Shown here one piece after another: positions 42,137 through 50,800 of a stretch of 64,000 bases of DNA (the first letter of the stretch is position 1; each line of letters opens with the position of its first letter). The notes below the pieces were generated by a model that ran no database searches, was not told where the DNA came from, and saw only the letters and a list, made by a program, of their open reading frames with translations. This stretch comes from Thermoplasmata archaeon (GTDB lineage: Archaea; Thermoplasmatota; Thermoplasmata; Lutacidiplasmatales; UBA184). The stretch covers positions 3,026-67,025 of the forward strand of contig DASRSW010000070.1 in the NCBI GenBank assembly GCA_035656275.1, written 5' to 3'. The translations under genes and the position numbers were made by a program.

Positions 42137-44311
42137 GTGGGAAGCCTGCTCGGTCGCCCGTGTCTCCACCGTCTTTCGGCCCTCGGGCTTTTGCTCGTGC
42201 TTCTGGCCCCCACCGGGGTAATCACCGCCGTGGTGCCGGGTCCGCTGGATCACGCCCCTGCTCCCCCCTCGGTCGCGGGGTTCGGAGCGATCCCGGCACC
42301 CTCCCGGAGTGCCCCTGTGGCGGCGAGCACCCTCTGGACCCCGGCGACACTCGTCCATCCCCGGGGCACCCTGGCGGGGTCGATTGACCCGTACGCGACC
42401 CGAACGGCCGAGCCCGCTCCGATGGGGATCGCCGACTACGGGGTCTCTCCGTCGGGGGGCGGGTACACGGGCTACACGTACAGCACCCCGGAGTGGTGGG
42501 CGGACGCCAACCTCACCCGCCTTCTCGCCAACGACGGGAGCAACACGGCCGGGCACGGGTCGATCAGCTTCCAGCTCAACGTCGTCGTCAAGTTCCATAG
42601 CCCGGTCTCGGGGGATTTCGCCTACTGGATCCAGGACGTGGCCGAAGTCGACACCATCGGGAAGAGCATTCTCTTCGTCGATAACATCTGGAACATGAGC
42701 GCCGCCCAGCTCAATTCGGCCTCCGTTTCCGGGAACGGCTCCGTCTACACCGCGGGCTCCTTCCAGTTCTACGCCGACCAACCGACCTGTCAGGGCCTCG
42801 CGGGCGGGTATCCCGGGAACTGCGTGGCCCTGCGGACCCCCTCGCACGTCACCATGCGGGTCACGACGGGGAACTTCAACGGAGCCCCCCACGTGACGTT
42901 CCAGTACTTCGACCCCAGCGCCGGTTGGGTCACCTATGACAATGCCTCTTTCGGCTTCGCCCGGGGATTCACGGACGCGGGGTTCGTCGTCGACGGGACC
43001 CAGTACACCCCGATCGGGATCTTCTACAACGCCGAGTTCGACTACACCGGCCCAAGCGGCGTGACCACGATGACCGACCGGAACAGCTCGATGCAGTTCC
43101 AGCTCGAGTACTGGAACGGGCACAACCTCGAGGCGCCTTCCAACGCGTTCAACTTCGGAGGCAACACCGCCGAAGAGATCCAGAACGTGATCGTCCGACC
43201 CCACCTGGGCTCGGGCAATGGAAGCCTCGGGGCTGACGTATCGACGGGGTCGGGGGGGCTGGCCATGCTCTACGACCGGGCCAACGTCTCCCTCCTCAAC
43301 GTCAGCACCCCGTTCACCCCCCAGGGTACCCTTTCCGTCGGAGGGGAGTCGCACCCGTACTTCGGGAGCGACAGCGTCCTCACGCTCGCCCCGGGGTCGT
43401 ACTCCCTCGTCCTCGCGAATGCGACGGGGGTCGTGAACACGGTGCCGGTGACCTTGACGCCGGGAGAGTACCTTCACCTCGTGCTCGGCGTACCGGCGAC
43501 GTTTCCGGTCACCGTCCGCGAGCAGGGACTCCCGACGTCGGTCCCGTGGACGCTCCACCTCGCCGCCCAGACGTTCCACACGACGAACCCGACCGTGAGC
43601 GTCAACCTCTCGAACGGTACCTATGCGTGGTCGGTGGACCCGGTGGCCGGCTACATGACCCACCCCTACTCGTCCTCCCTTCTCCTCCGCGGCACGGCCG
43701 CGACGCTGTGGGTCAACTTCACCCGCGTCGTCTATCAGCTCCTGTTCAGTGCCACGGGGCTTCCGACGGGGGCCCCGTGGAGCGTGACCGTGGGCGGCCA
43801 GGGCTTCCCGGGCACCGCGGCCTCGATCGCCGTGGCGGAACCCAACGGGACCTACACCTTCACCGTGGAGGCGGGCCCCCTCTACGCGGCCGACCCGGGA
43901 AACGGGGTCCTCAACGTGACCGGCTCGGACCAGGGACAGGTCATCGGATTCTCGCTACGGCCGGGGTACCTCACCGGGGGGCTGTCTCCCAGCGCCGCGA
44001 CGCTCGAGGTCGCCGGACTGGCCCAGCCGACGAGCGGGGGCGCGTTCAACCTCTCGCTCCCCCCGGGAATCTACACCGTGAGGGCCTACCTAGCTGGATT
44101 CACCAATTTCACGACCAACGCGACCGTCACCGCGGGGAACCGGACGGTCGTCAGCATCGTCCTGCATCAACTGCCGCCGTCGCCCGGCGGAGGTTCGGGC
44201 GGGTCGAGCGACGGGGGACTCACCGGCTCGACGGAGCTCCTGATCCTCGTGGCCGTGGCCGCCGGCGCCGTGGTCGTGGTGGCGGCCGCGGCCGCCCGCC
44301 GTCGGCGATAG
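42137..44311 (+). CDS. Thermopsin-family acid peptidase (A5) with C-terminal beta-sandwich repeats and TM anchor
   Basis: Signal peptide. Thermopsin core EPAPMGIADYG...YWIQDVAEVDT...FVDNIWNMS. Repeated about 90-aa modules (GLPTSVPWTLHLA...NGTYAWSV; GLPTGAPWSVTVG...NGTYTFTV). G/S linker, TM and RRRR tail. Confidence 0.8.
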   Translation: MGSLLGRPCLHRLSALGLLLVLLAPTGVITAVVPGPLDHAPAPPSVAGFGAIPAPSRSAPVAASTLWTPATLVHPRGTLAGSIDPYATRTAEPAPMGIADYGVSPSGGGYTGYTYSTPEWWADANLTRLLANDGSNTAGHGSISFQLNVVVKFHSPVSGDFAYWIQDVAEVDTIGKSILFVDNIWNMSAAQLNSASVSGNGSVYTAGSFQFYADQPTCQGLAGGYPGNCVALRTPSHVTMRVTTGNFNGAPHVTFQYFDPSAGWVTYDNASFGFARGFTDAGFVVDGTQYTPIGIFYNAEFDYTGPSGVTTMTDRNSSMQFQLEYWNGHNLEAPSNAFNFGGNTAEEIQNVIVRPHLGSGNGSLGADVSTGSGGLAMLYDRANVSLLNVSTPFTPQGTLSVGGESHPYFGSDSVLTLAPGSYSLVLANATGVVNTVPVTLTPGEYLHLVLGVPATFPVTVREQGLPTSVPWTLHLAAQTFHTTNPTVSVNLSNGTYAWSVDPVAGYMTHPYSSSLLLRGTAATLWVNFTRVVYQLLFSATGLPTGAPWSVTVGGQGFPGTAASIAVAEPNGTYTFTVEAGPLYAADPGNGVLNVTGSDQGQVIGFSLRPGYLTGGLSPSAATLEVAGLAQPTSGGAFNLSLPPGIYTVRAYLAGFTNFTTNATVTAGNRTVVSIVLHQLPPSPGGGSGGSSDGGLTGSTELLILVAVAAGAVVVVAAAAARRRR

Positions 44312-44326
44312 CCCTCGCGGCATTCC

Positions 44327-44515
44327 ATGACCGGGAAAGGACCGGGTCTCTGGGAGTGGTGGGCCGGGCCCTGGCGCGCCTGGGGCCAACGACTGATGGC
44401 GTTCCTGGAGGGTCGGCGGCCCGGGACGTGCGCCCAGTGCGGGCATGAATCGCCGGGCGCAAGTTCGGGGCTCGGGCCTCGCTACTGCCCGCGATGCGGG
44501 ACCCCCTTCGAGTAG
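44327..44515 (+). CDS. Small zinc-ribbon protein
   Basis: 62-aa ORF with CAQCG-x18-CPRCG and a Trp-rich N-terminus. Confidence 0.45.
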   Translation: MTGKGPGLWEWWAGPWRAWGQRLMAFLEGRRPGTCAQCGHESPGASSGLGPRYCPRCGTPFE

Positions 44516-44553
44516 CCTCCGCGGCGCCCGTGGTCTCGGCCGGCCGGGGCGAA

Positions 44554-45546
44554 CTAGGCGACCGTGGGAGGGGCCGATCCCCCTACCGGGGGAGGTCCGG
44601 GAAGTCCGAGGCGGCCCGCGTGGAGCCAGGTCGACCCCTGGGTAGCGGGGAGAGGGGCGAATCCCAGCGACGAGTACAGCCGGTAGGCCCCCTCGTTCGA
44701 CAGCGTTACCACAAGGCGGATATCGTCCCTTCCGAGCCGCACCAGCTCCGCGAGCGAGCGGAGCAGGAGACCCCGGGCGAGGCCGCGTCGTCGATGCCGG
44801 GGGTCGACCATCACTTCGGTGATGAGCGCCCCGCGGTAGTCGTTCACGAGCGTGGCTCCGACCACCTCTCCTCCGACCTCCGCGCCGAAAGAGGCGGAGG
44901 CGATCCAGGGTCCGAGCTGGCCGGCGAGCAGGAGGTGCGCGGCGTCCCGGGCGTCGTCGACGGCGTCCCGCCGCTGCCGAAACAGCGCCCGGTCGATGGG
45001 GTTGTCGGCGTACGCCCGGTCGAGGAGGGCCGCGAGCGTAGCCTCGTCGTCCGGTCGCAGGGCGCGCGCGGTCCCCTCTGGGAGGGGGGAAGGGGCGAGG
45101 AGAGGCCGGCCGACGGGCCAGGCGAGGTCGATCCGGGAAACGGGGACGAATCCGCGGGCGGCCAGGACCGGCGCCCGAACCGAGGGCGGCACGCCGGGGA
45201 TCCGGTCCGCGACCTCGAGGAGCGGCCCGTCGGGGATCGCCTCCACCGCCTCGATGAGGCCGTCCAGCGCCGCCTCCGTCCGGTAGCCCGTCGCCAGGAA
45301 CAGCCCGGCCCGGCGGCCGACCTCGCTCGGAGGCTCCCACCAGGCCATGCCCACGGCCTCGTCCTTCGGCCCGACCCAGAGGGCGCCGGGGAGGTCGCCC
45401 GCCCGCACCGCCTCCTCGAGCCCGGTCACCGTGGCGCGGCTCTCCTCGCCGGCCTCCGCCGCCAGCGCCTCCGACAGCTCCGCGAGGAGACGGAGCGCCT
45501 CCGCCTTGGAGGTCGCGATCGGGACGACGCGGGTGTTACCGCTCAT
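44554..45546 (-). CDS. GNAT acetyltransferase (two-domain, MshD-like layout)
   Basis: The C-terminal GNAT motif is VMVDPRHRRRGLARGLLLRSLAEL...AYRLYSSLGF. The N-terminal half is a degenerate GNAT fold. 4-nt overlap with the upstream gene. Confidence 0.7.
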   Translation of the reverse strand: MSGNTRVVPIATSKAEALRLLAELSEALAAEAGEESRATVTGLEEAVRAGDLPGALWVGPKDEAVGMAWWEPPSEVGRRAGLFLATGYRTEAALDGLIEAVEAIPDGPLLEVADRIPGVPPSVRAPVLAARGFVPVSRIDLAWPVGRPLLAPSPLPEGTARALRPDDEATLAALLDRAYADNPIDRALFRQRRDAVDDARDAAHLLLAGQLGPWIASASFGAEVGGEVVGATLVNDYRGALITEVMVDPRHRRRGLARGLLLRSLAELVRLGRDDIRLVVTLSNEGAYRLYSSLGFAPLPATQGSTWLHAGRLGLPGPPPVGGSAPPTVA

Positions 45547-46538
45547 GCGGCGGCCCTCCGACGCCAGCCGGGGGTCGCCCAGGACCGGCGCACGTGGGTC
45601 TCCCCCGTGGCCGCGAGGTCGACCCGGACCCCCGCGGCGCGCCCGAAGGCGGTGAACTCGAGCGAGTACCAGTGCACGGTCCAGCCGCCTTCGAGCCGCG
45701 CGACCGCTTCGCCGAAGTGGTAGGTCTCGTCGAGGACGCGGCTCGCGCCGCGGGCGAGCGGATAGCTCACGGCGAGCGCCTCTCCCTCGGTCGCGGCGGG
45801 CCGGGGCGGCCCCGGGGGGGAGTCGGCCGGCACGTCCACGGAAAAGGGGCCGCGGACGATCCCGCGGCCGAGGGTGTATTCGGCGAAGACCGTCCGCACG
45901 CGCCCTCCGTCCTTCCGCTCGGAGAGGAGGAGCCAGGTGAGCGGGCTCGTGGTGGGGATCGGAACCTCGAACGGCCCGAGCCTCGGCAGGCGTCGACCGA
46001 TCCAGAGCCGCGCCCCGAGGCGGAGGGCGAAGTAGGCCCCGTAGAACGCCATGAGCGCGTAGACGGTCGTCACGTAGACGGGGAACGGGACCTGGTTGCG
46101 CTCGACCCCGAGGAGGAGGTAGAATGCGCTCACCGAGACCACGAGCGTGACGAAATTGATCGCGCGGTCGGCGTCCAGCTCCAGCCGTCGCTCGGAGAAC
46201 GGGAGGAGCGGGGGGACCGAGAAGTGGGTGAACCCGTCCTGGAGCATGTGGCCGAGCCCCGCGGCCTCCATCACGAGCACGTAGAGCCAGGGGTTGCCGG
46301 GGGCGAGGTGCGGCGCGAGGAGTCCGCCGCCCACGACCGCGATGACGGTCACCCCGAAGATCGAGTGGGTGATCCCATGGTGTCGCAGCATGGGGAACCG
46401 TCGCGCGAGGGGGAAGAAGAAGATGTCCGCGTCCGGGAGACCACCGGCGAGGGCGCCAGCGGCGAGGTACTGCGGCTGGAAGCCGACGAGCCCGACCGAG
46501 AGGAGGTAGCCGATGAGGACGTGGGTGAACAGGTCCAC
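45543..46538 (-). CDS. Membrane-bound metal-dependent hydrolase (YdjM/DUF457 family) with C-terminal extension
   Basis: MDLFTHVLIGYLL...GGLPDADIFF...RHHGITHSI, plus several TM helices. Confidence 0.7.
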   Translation of the reverse strand: MDLFTHVLIGYLLSVGLVGFQPQYLAAGALAGGLPDADIFFFPLARRFPMLRHHGITHSIFGVTVIAVVGGGLLAPHLAPGNPWLYVLVMEAAGLGHMLQDGFTHFSVPPLLPFSERRLELDADRAINFVTLVVSVSAFYLLLGVERNQVPFPVYVTTVYALMAFYGAYFALRLGARLWIGRRLPRLGPFEVPIPTTSPLTWLLLSERKDGGRVRTVFAEYTLGRGIVRGPFSVDVPADSPPGPPRPAATEGEALAVSYPLARGASRVLDETYHFGEAVARLEGGWTVHWYSLEFTAFGRAAGVRVDLAATGETHVRRSWATPGWRRRAAA

Positions 46539-46553
46539 GGGCGCGGCCGCCCG

Positions 46554-46820
46554 CTAGAGCAGCCCCTCTTCCATGACCTCGACGGACTCGACGTGGGGGA
46601 TCTTGGCGAGGGCCGCCTCGGTCTGCTCGAGGACCCCGCCGGTGTCGGGCATGACGACGGAGACGAGGAGCGCCTTCAACCCGTAGGCGATGTCCTTGAC
46701 CTGCATCCCGCGGATGATGACGTTGGTGGGGACGCTCGAGCGGACCTTCTCGCCGACGCCCTTGAGGTCGGTCTCGACGCCCTGCGGCATCAGCCGGAAC
46801 AGGACCGCTACCTCGCCCAC
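46554..46820 (-). CDS. Translation elongation factor aEF-1 beta
   Basis: 88-aa ORF: MGEVAVLFRLMPQGVETDL...VKDIAYGLKALLVSVVMPD...VESVEV. Typical length and sequence for archaeal EF-1beta. Confidence 0.9.
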   Translation of the reverse strand: MGEVAVLFRLMPQGVETDLKGVGEKVRSSVPTNVIIRGMQVKDIAYGLKALLVSVVMPDTGGVLEQTEAALAKIPHVESVEVMEEGLL

Positions 46821-46827
46821 CGGACTC

Positions 46828-46998
46828 CTACGGACCTTCGAACCCGCAGTTGGGACAGCGGTAGAGGACGCTCTGGTCCCGGCAGCGCGCGTCCCGGCCG
46901 AGGGTCGCCTGCCCGCAGTCCGGGCAGGGGAACTGCGTCGAGCCGCGGCCGGAGAGCGCGAGGCCGCACGAGGTGCATTTCAGGTCGGTGACTGCCAT
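46828..46998 (-). CDS. Small zinc-finger protein with four CxxC motifs (COG2888 / HVO_2753-like)
   Basis: MAVTDLKCTSCGLALSGRGSTQFPCPDCGQATLGRDARCRDQSVLYRCPNCGFEGP. Start placed at ATG 46998. It lies directly upstream of aEF-1beta, the conserved archaeal neighbourhood for this family. Confidence 0.8.
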   Translation of the reverse strand: MAVTDLKCTSCGLALSGRGSTQFPCPDCGQATLGRDARCRDQSVLYRCPNCGFEGP

Positions 46999-47009
46999 GG
47001 AGTGGCCGC

Positions 47010-47834
47010 CTACTTCTTGGCCTTGCCGCGGCGGCGCGCGCCCACCCGCAATGACCATATAACGATGGCCCCGACGAACGCGACGGCGCCCGTCAGGAAC
47101 CAGAAGGTGTAGTCCGTCGGCGCTCCGCTCACGTAGAACGACTCCGAGAAGCTCTGCATCCCGCCGGGGAAGGTGATGAGTCCGTGCTGCGCCGCGAGGC
47201 TCAGCGAGAAGGTGTGCCATCCCGGCGCGAGGTTCGTGTCGACGTAGCGGAAGCTCAACGGGTAGGAGCTCCCGGCGGAAAGCGTCGGCACCGGGACCTG
47301 GCCCACGGCCGACCCGTCCAGGTCGACCTCGAGGTAGAAGCGGCTCACGCCGGCGCCGCTCCCGACGACGAGGGTGGTCGAGACGACGTAGGGCTGGACG
47401 ACGTTGACGAGGAGCGTCGCGTTCATCGTCTGGTTCACGCCCTGGTAGGTCGACGTGATGAGGACGCCCAGCGTGACCGGCTCCGTCACGTTCCCGGCCG
47501 TCAGCTTGAGGATCGCCGAGCCGTTGAGCACGACCCCTTGCGCCGCCGGTCCGAAGAGGATCCCCGTGCGGTTGAGCGCCGTGAACGTCGCTTTGTACGT
47601 GTAGGAGCCCACGACGGTCCCATTGAGCGCGACGGCCGGTCCGCCCGAGACGTTCACGGTGTAGTTCGCGGAGAGCAACGTGCCGATCGTGGTCGGGCCG
47701 TGGAGCGTGGCGACGAGCGGCGGATAGTTGCCGGCGGCCGTGGCCGCGGGCGCCCCCATCGCGCCGAGCGGAACGACGAGGCTCGCCACGAGGAGGGTCA
47801 GGGCGGTAAGGGTCGACCGGAGGGGAACGCGCAC
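47010..47834 (-). CDS. Sequon-rich secreted protein with C-terminal TM anchor (putative surface glycoprotein)
   Basis: Signal peptide (LTALTLLVASLVVPLGAMGA). At least 8 N-x-S/T sequons (NYT, NVS, NGT, NRT, NGS, NVT, NQT, NAT). C-terminal TM plus RRRGKAKK. It starts 10 nt downstream of aglB. Confidence 0.7.
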   Translation of the reverse strand: MRVPLRSTLTALTLLVASLVVPLGAMGAPAATAAGNYPPLVATLHGPTTIGTLLSANYTVNVSGGPAVALNGTVVGSYTYKATFTALNRTGILFGPAAQGVVLNGSAILKLTAGNVTEPVTLGVLITSTYQGVNQTMNATLLVNVVQPYVVSTTLVVGSGAGVSRFYLEVDLDGSAVGQVPVPTLSAGSSYPLSFRYVDTNLAPGWHTFSLSLAAQHGLITFPGGMQSFSESFYVSGAPTDYTFWFLTGAVAFVGAIVIWSLRVGARRRGKAKK

Positions 47835-47844
47835 GGGTCTCCTC

Positions 47845-50800
47845 CTAGCGCCGGACCCAGCGACGCGTGCGGTACCAGCGATAGCTCACGAGACCCACCA
47901 GGAGCGCGATCGCCGGCAGGAAGGCCAGGAGCGGGACGAGCCAGTCGGGGTACGGGCTCGGCGCGCCGAGGTTCGGCCCGGTGACCGCAATGCCCGTCGA
48001 GTTCAGGGACACGGTGACCCGCGGCACGCTGAGCGCGAGGTCGACGGTGGAGCTCAGGCTCCCGTTGGTCGCCGTGGCGACGAGGTCGATGGTCGACGGA
48101 TAGATCGCGGGGCCGCTCGCGACCAGCTTGACCCCGAACGTCTGGTTGCTCTCGACGGGGATGCTGAGACTCCCCGAGAGGGGGGTCGCGCCGCGGACGA
48201 GAGTGGTCGTCCAGCCGAGGGCGGCCAGCGCGAGCGCGTTCTGGACCGTCACCGTGACCTGGACGGGGACGTTCCCCAGGTTGACCATCCAGAAGTCGAC
48301 CGTGCCCGAGGTCGGCGCGACGACGCTCCCCGAGGTTGAACCGGCGAGGAACCGCAGGAACGGGTCGACGTTGACCTGGAAGCCGGCGCCCGGACCCGCG
48401 AGCGTGTCGTTCGCGAAGAACGGCTGGATCTGCGCGGTGGGCGGCGTGGCGAGCGTGCCGGCGGGGACGACGACGCTGACCCACCCCGAGACCGTCGAGT
48501 TCTGGGCCAGGACGCCGAGCGTGGCGTTCGCCGGGTGGAACGTGAAGTTCCAGGTCGCCGGGCTTCCGACGAAGTGGACGACCGCGGGAAGGTTCCCCAC
48601 GTTCCGGGCCACGAAGTTGAACACCGCCGTTCCCCCGCCGGGGACGGTCATCGACGTCGGCGCGAGGACGGTGACGTGGACGTTGGCCGCGGGATGGTAG
48701 GCGAGCTGGAGCACCGTCGCCGCATTCCCCGCGACGAGGTACACGCTCGCGCGGGCCGTCGCGTTCGTGGGGACACCGTAGGACGACCCCGGAGCGGAGG
48801 CGGTCAGCGTGTAGAGACCCGTGGGGAGCGCCACCATGGTCGACACGCCGAGCGCGACGCCGGGGAGGGAGAGGGTGACGCCGCCCGGGCCAGTCACGGT
48901 CACCGAGACGGCGCCGACGGGGGCGCCCACGGGCGCCGCGACGGTGAGCGTATCGGTCCAGGTCGCATGCAGCCAGACGGTCACGGGAGCGCCGGACGAG
49001 GGGGAGACGGTGAGCAGCGACAGGTTCGCGAGCGGAGCCCCGGCGCCGCCGGCGGTCGCGTAGAGCTCGTAGACCCCGGGGACGAGCTGGGTGGAGAACG
49101 ATCCATTCGAGAACGGCACAACGGCGGTGCCGGTGCCGGGGAGCGGACCCACGAACGCGATGTTCCCGCTGAGAGCGCCGGGGAAACCGGCGAGCGCGAC
49201 CGACCCCGTCACGGCGGTCTCGAGCACCGTCGCGACGAGAGGGATGTTGCAGGTCCCGCTGGGGTACCCCGTCCGACACACGGCGCCGGGTGCCGTGGTG
49301 AGGACCTCGTAGCGGGTGGAGCTCCCCACGGGCACGAGCTGCGTCGTGTTGACGACGGGAACGAACGAGGTGTTCGCGGGGAGCACCGACCGGAAGAGAC
49401 CGGCGCTCGCGACCGTGGGGACCGAGAGGTTGCCGGCGCTCACGAGGGAGAAGACGACGCTCGCGTTGAGCGTCGCGCCCGAGGGCAGCGTCAGGTTCCC
49501 GGAGAGGACCGCGGCCGGGCCCGTCAGGGAGACCGCCGGGGAAACGTAGCCGGTCGCGTTGATCGCGACGCGGGTCAACGTGGCGTAGGTGACGCGGCCC
49601 GTCTCCGACGGCCCGCCGGACGCATTGTTGGCCGTTCCCGACGCGTAGACGGTGTAGGACCCGGAAGGCGCGAGGAAGCTCCCCTCGAACGCGTCACCGG
49701 TGACGGTGTAGTTCCCCTGGTCCGAGAGGAGGTGGAGGACCACGGAAGTGTTCGCAAGGCCGGTCGGAAGCACCAGTTGCCCGCGGGAGGCGAGCTGGTG
49801 GTAGACCCGGAGCGTCACATCGAAGTTCTGGGCGCCGAGAGGCACCGTGGTGTTGATGGGGGCGGCCGGGCGCCACAGTCCCGGGCTCGTCGGACCCCAG
49901 GCGCTGATGCGGTACACGCCCGGGTTGACGGAGAAGAGGAACGTCGGTCCCCCCGTCGCGTTCACCGTCACCGCGGTCGCGGAGACGGCCGTGAAGTTGG
50001 CCGTGAGCCTGGCGCCCGGCGCCACGCCCAGGATGGTCAGGTTCACCGCGACCGGCGCGAGACGGAGCGAGAGCACGGACTGGACCGACAGCTCCTGGGC
50101 GGTGAAGCCGCACGAGGAGGTCGGAAGGAACCCGACCGACTCCGCCGACAGGCAGTAGGTGGCGCTGGCGGGCAGCACGCTCGGCACCGCGAAGCTCACG
50201 TTCCCGTTCGCGTCCGCGACGGCCGTGGCTTGCCAGCCGGTGGAGAGGCCCACGTGCACCACGGCGCCGCCCGCCGGGAAGAACCCGAGTCCGTTCGTCG
50301 CGGTCGCCGTGCCGACCCTCAGATGGATCGGCGCGCCGCTCGCGAGCGGGAGGTTGACGACCGTCGAGTAGGTGAGGCTCACGTTCGCGAGCGCGCTCAA
50401 CGGGGGGACGGTGGCGCTCCCCGTCGGGACCTGTAGGGCCAGGAGGCTGTAGTTCCCCGCGGGGAGATAGAGGACGTACGCGCCCGAGACGTTCGCCTGC
50501 GTGGAGGCGCTCTCGCCGCGCTCGGTGAAGGCGTAGACCTTCGTGACGGCGTTGTTCGGCCCGGCCACTCCGGCGTTCCCGGAGAGCCGGATCGCGGTGC
50601 TCACCTCGAGCGGGGCGAGCTCGATCAGGGGGTGGCCCGGTGGCAGGTAGGCGGCGGCGAACCCGGTGACGAGCCCGGTCGCGGCGAGCCCGAGTCCGTA
50701 GATGGAGTAGTTGCCGTACGGGAGCGTCGCGTGGATGGCCCCGTTGGCATCCGTCAGAATGACGGTGGAGTTGCTCCCGGCCGAGGAGGCGGTACCGGGC

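Noticed and set aside
42056-43663. 535-aa minus-strand ORF (and the 416-aa ORF at 44090-45340)
   Set aside because: These are antisense to the thermopsin and GNAT genes respectively, are Arg/Gly-rich, and have no motifs.
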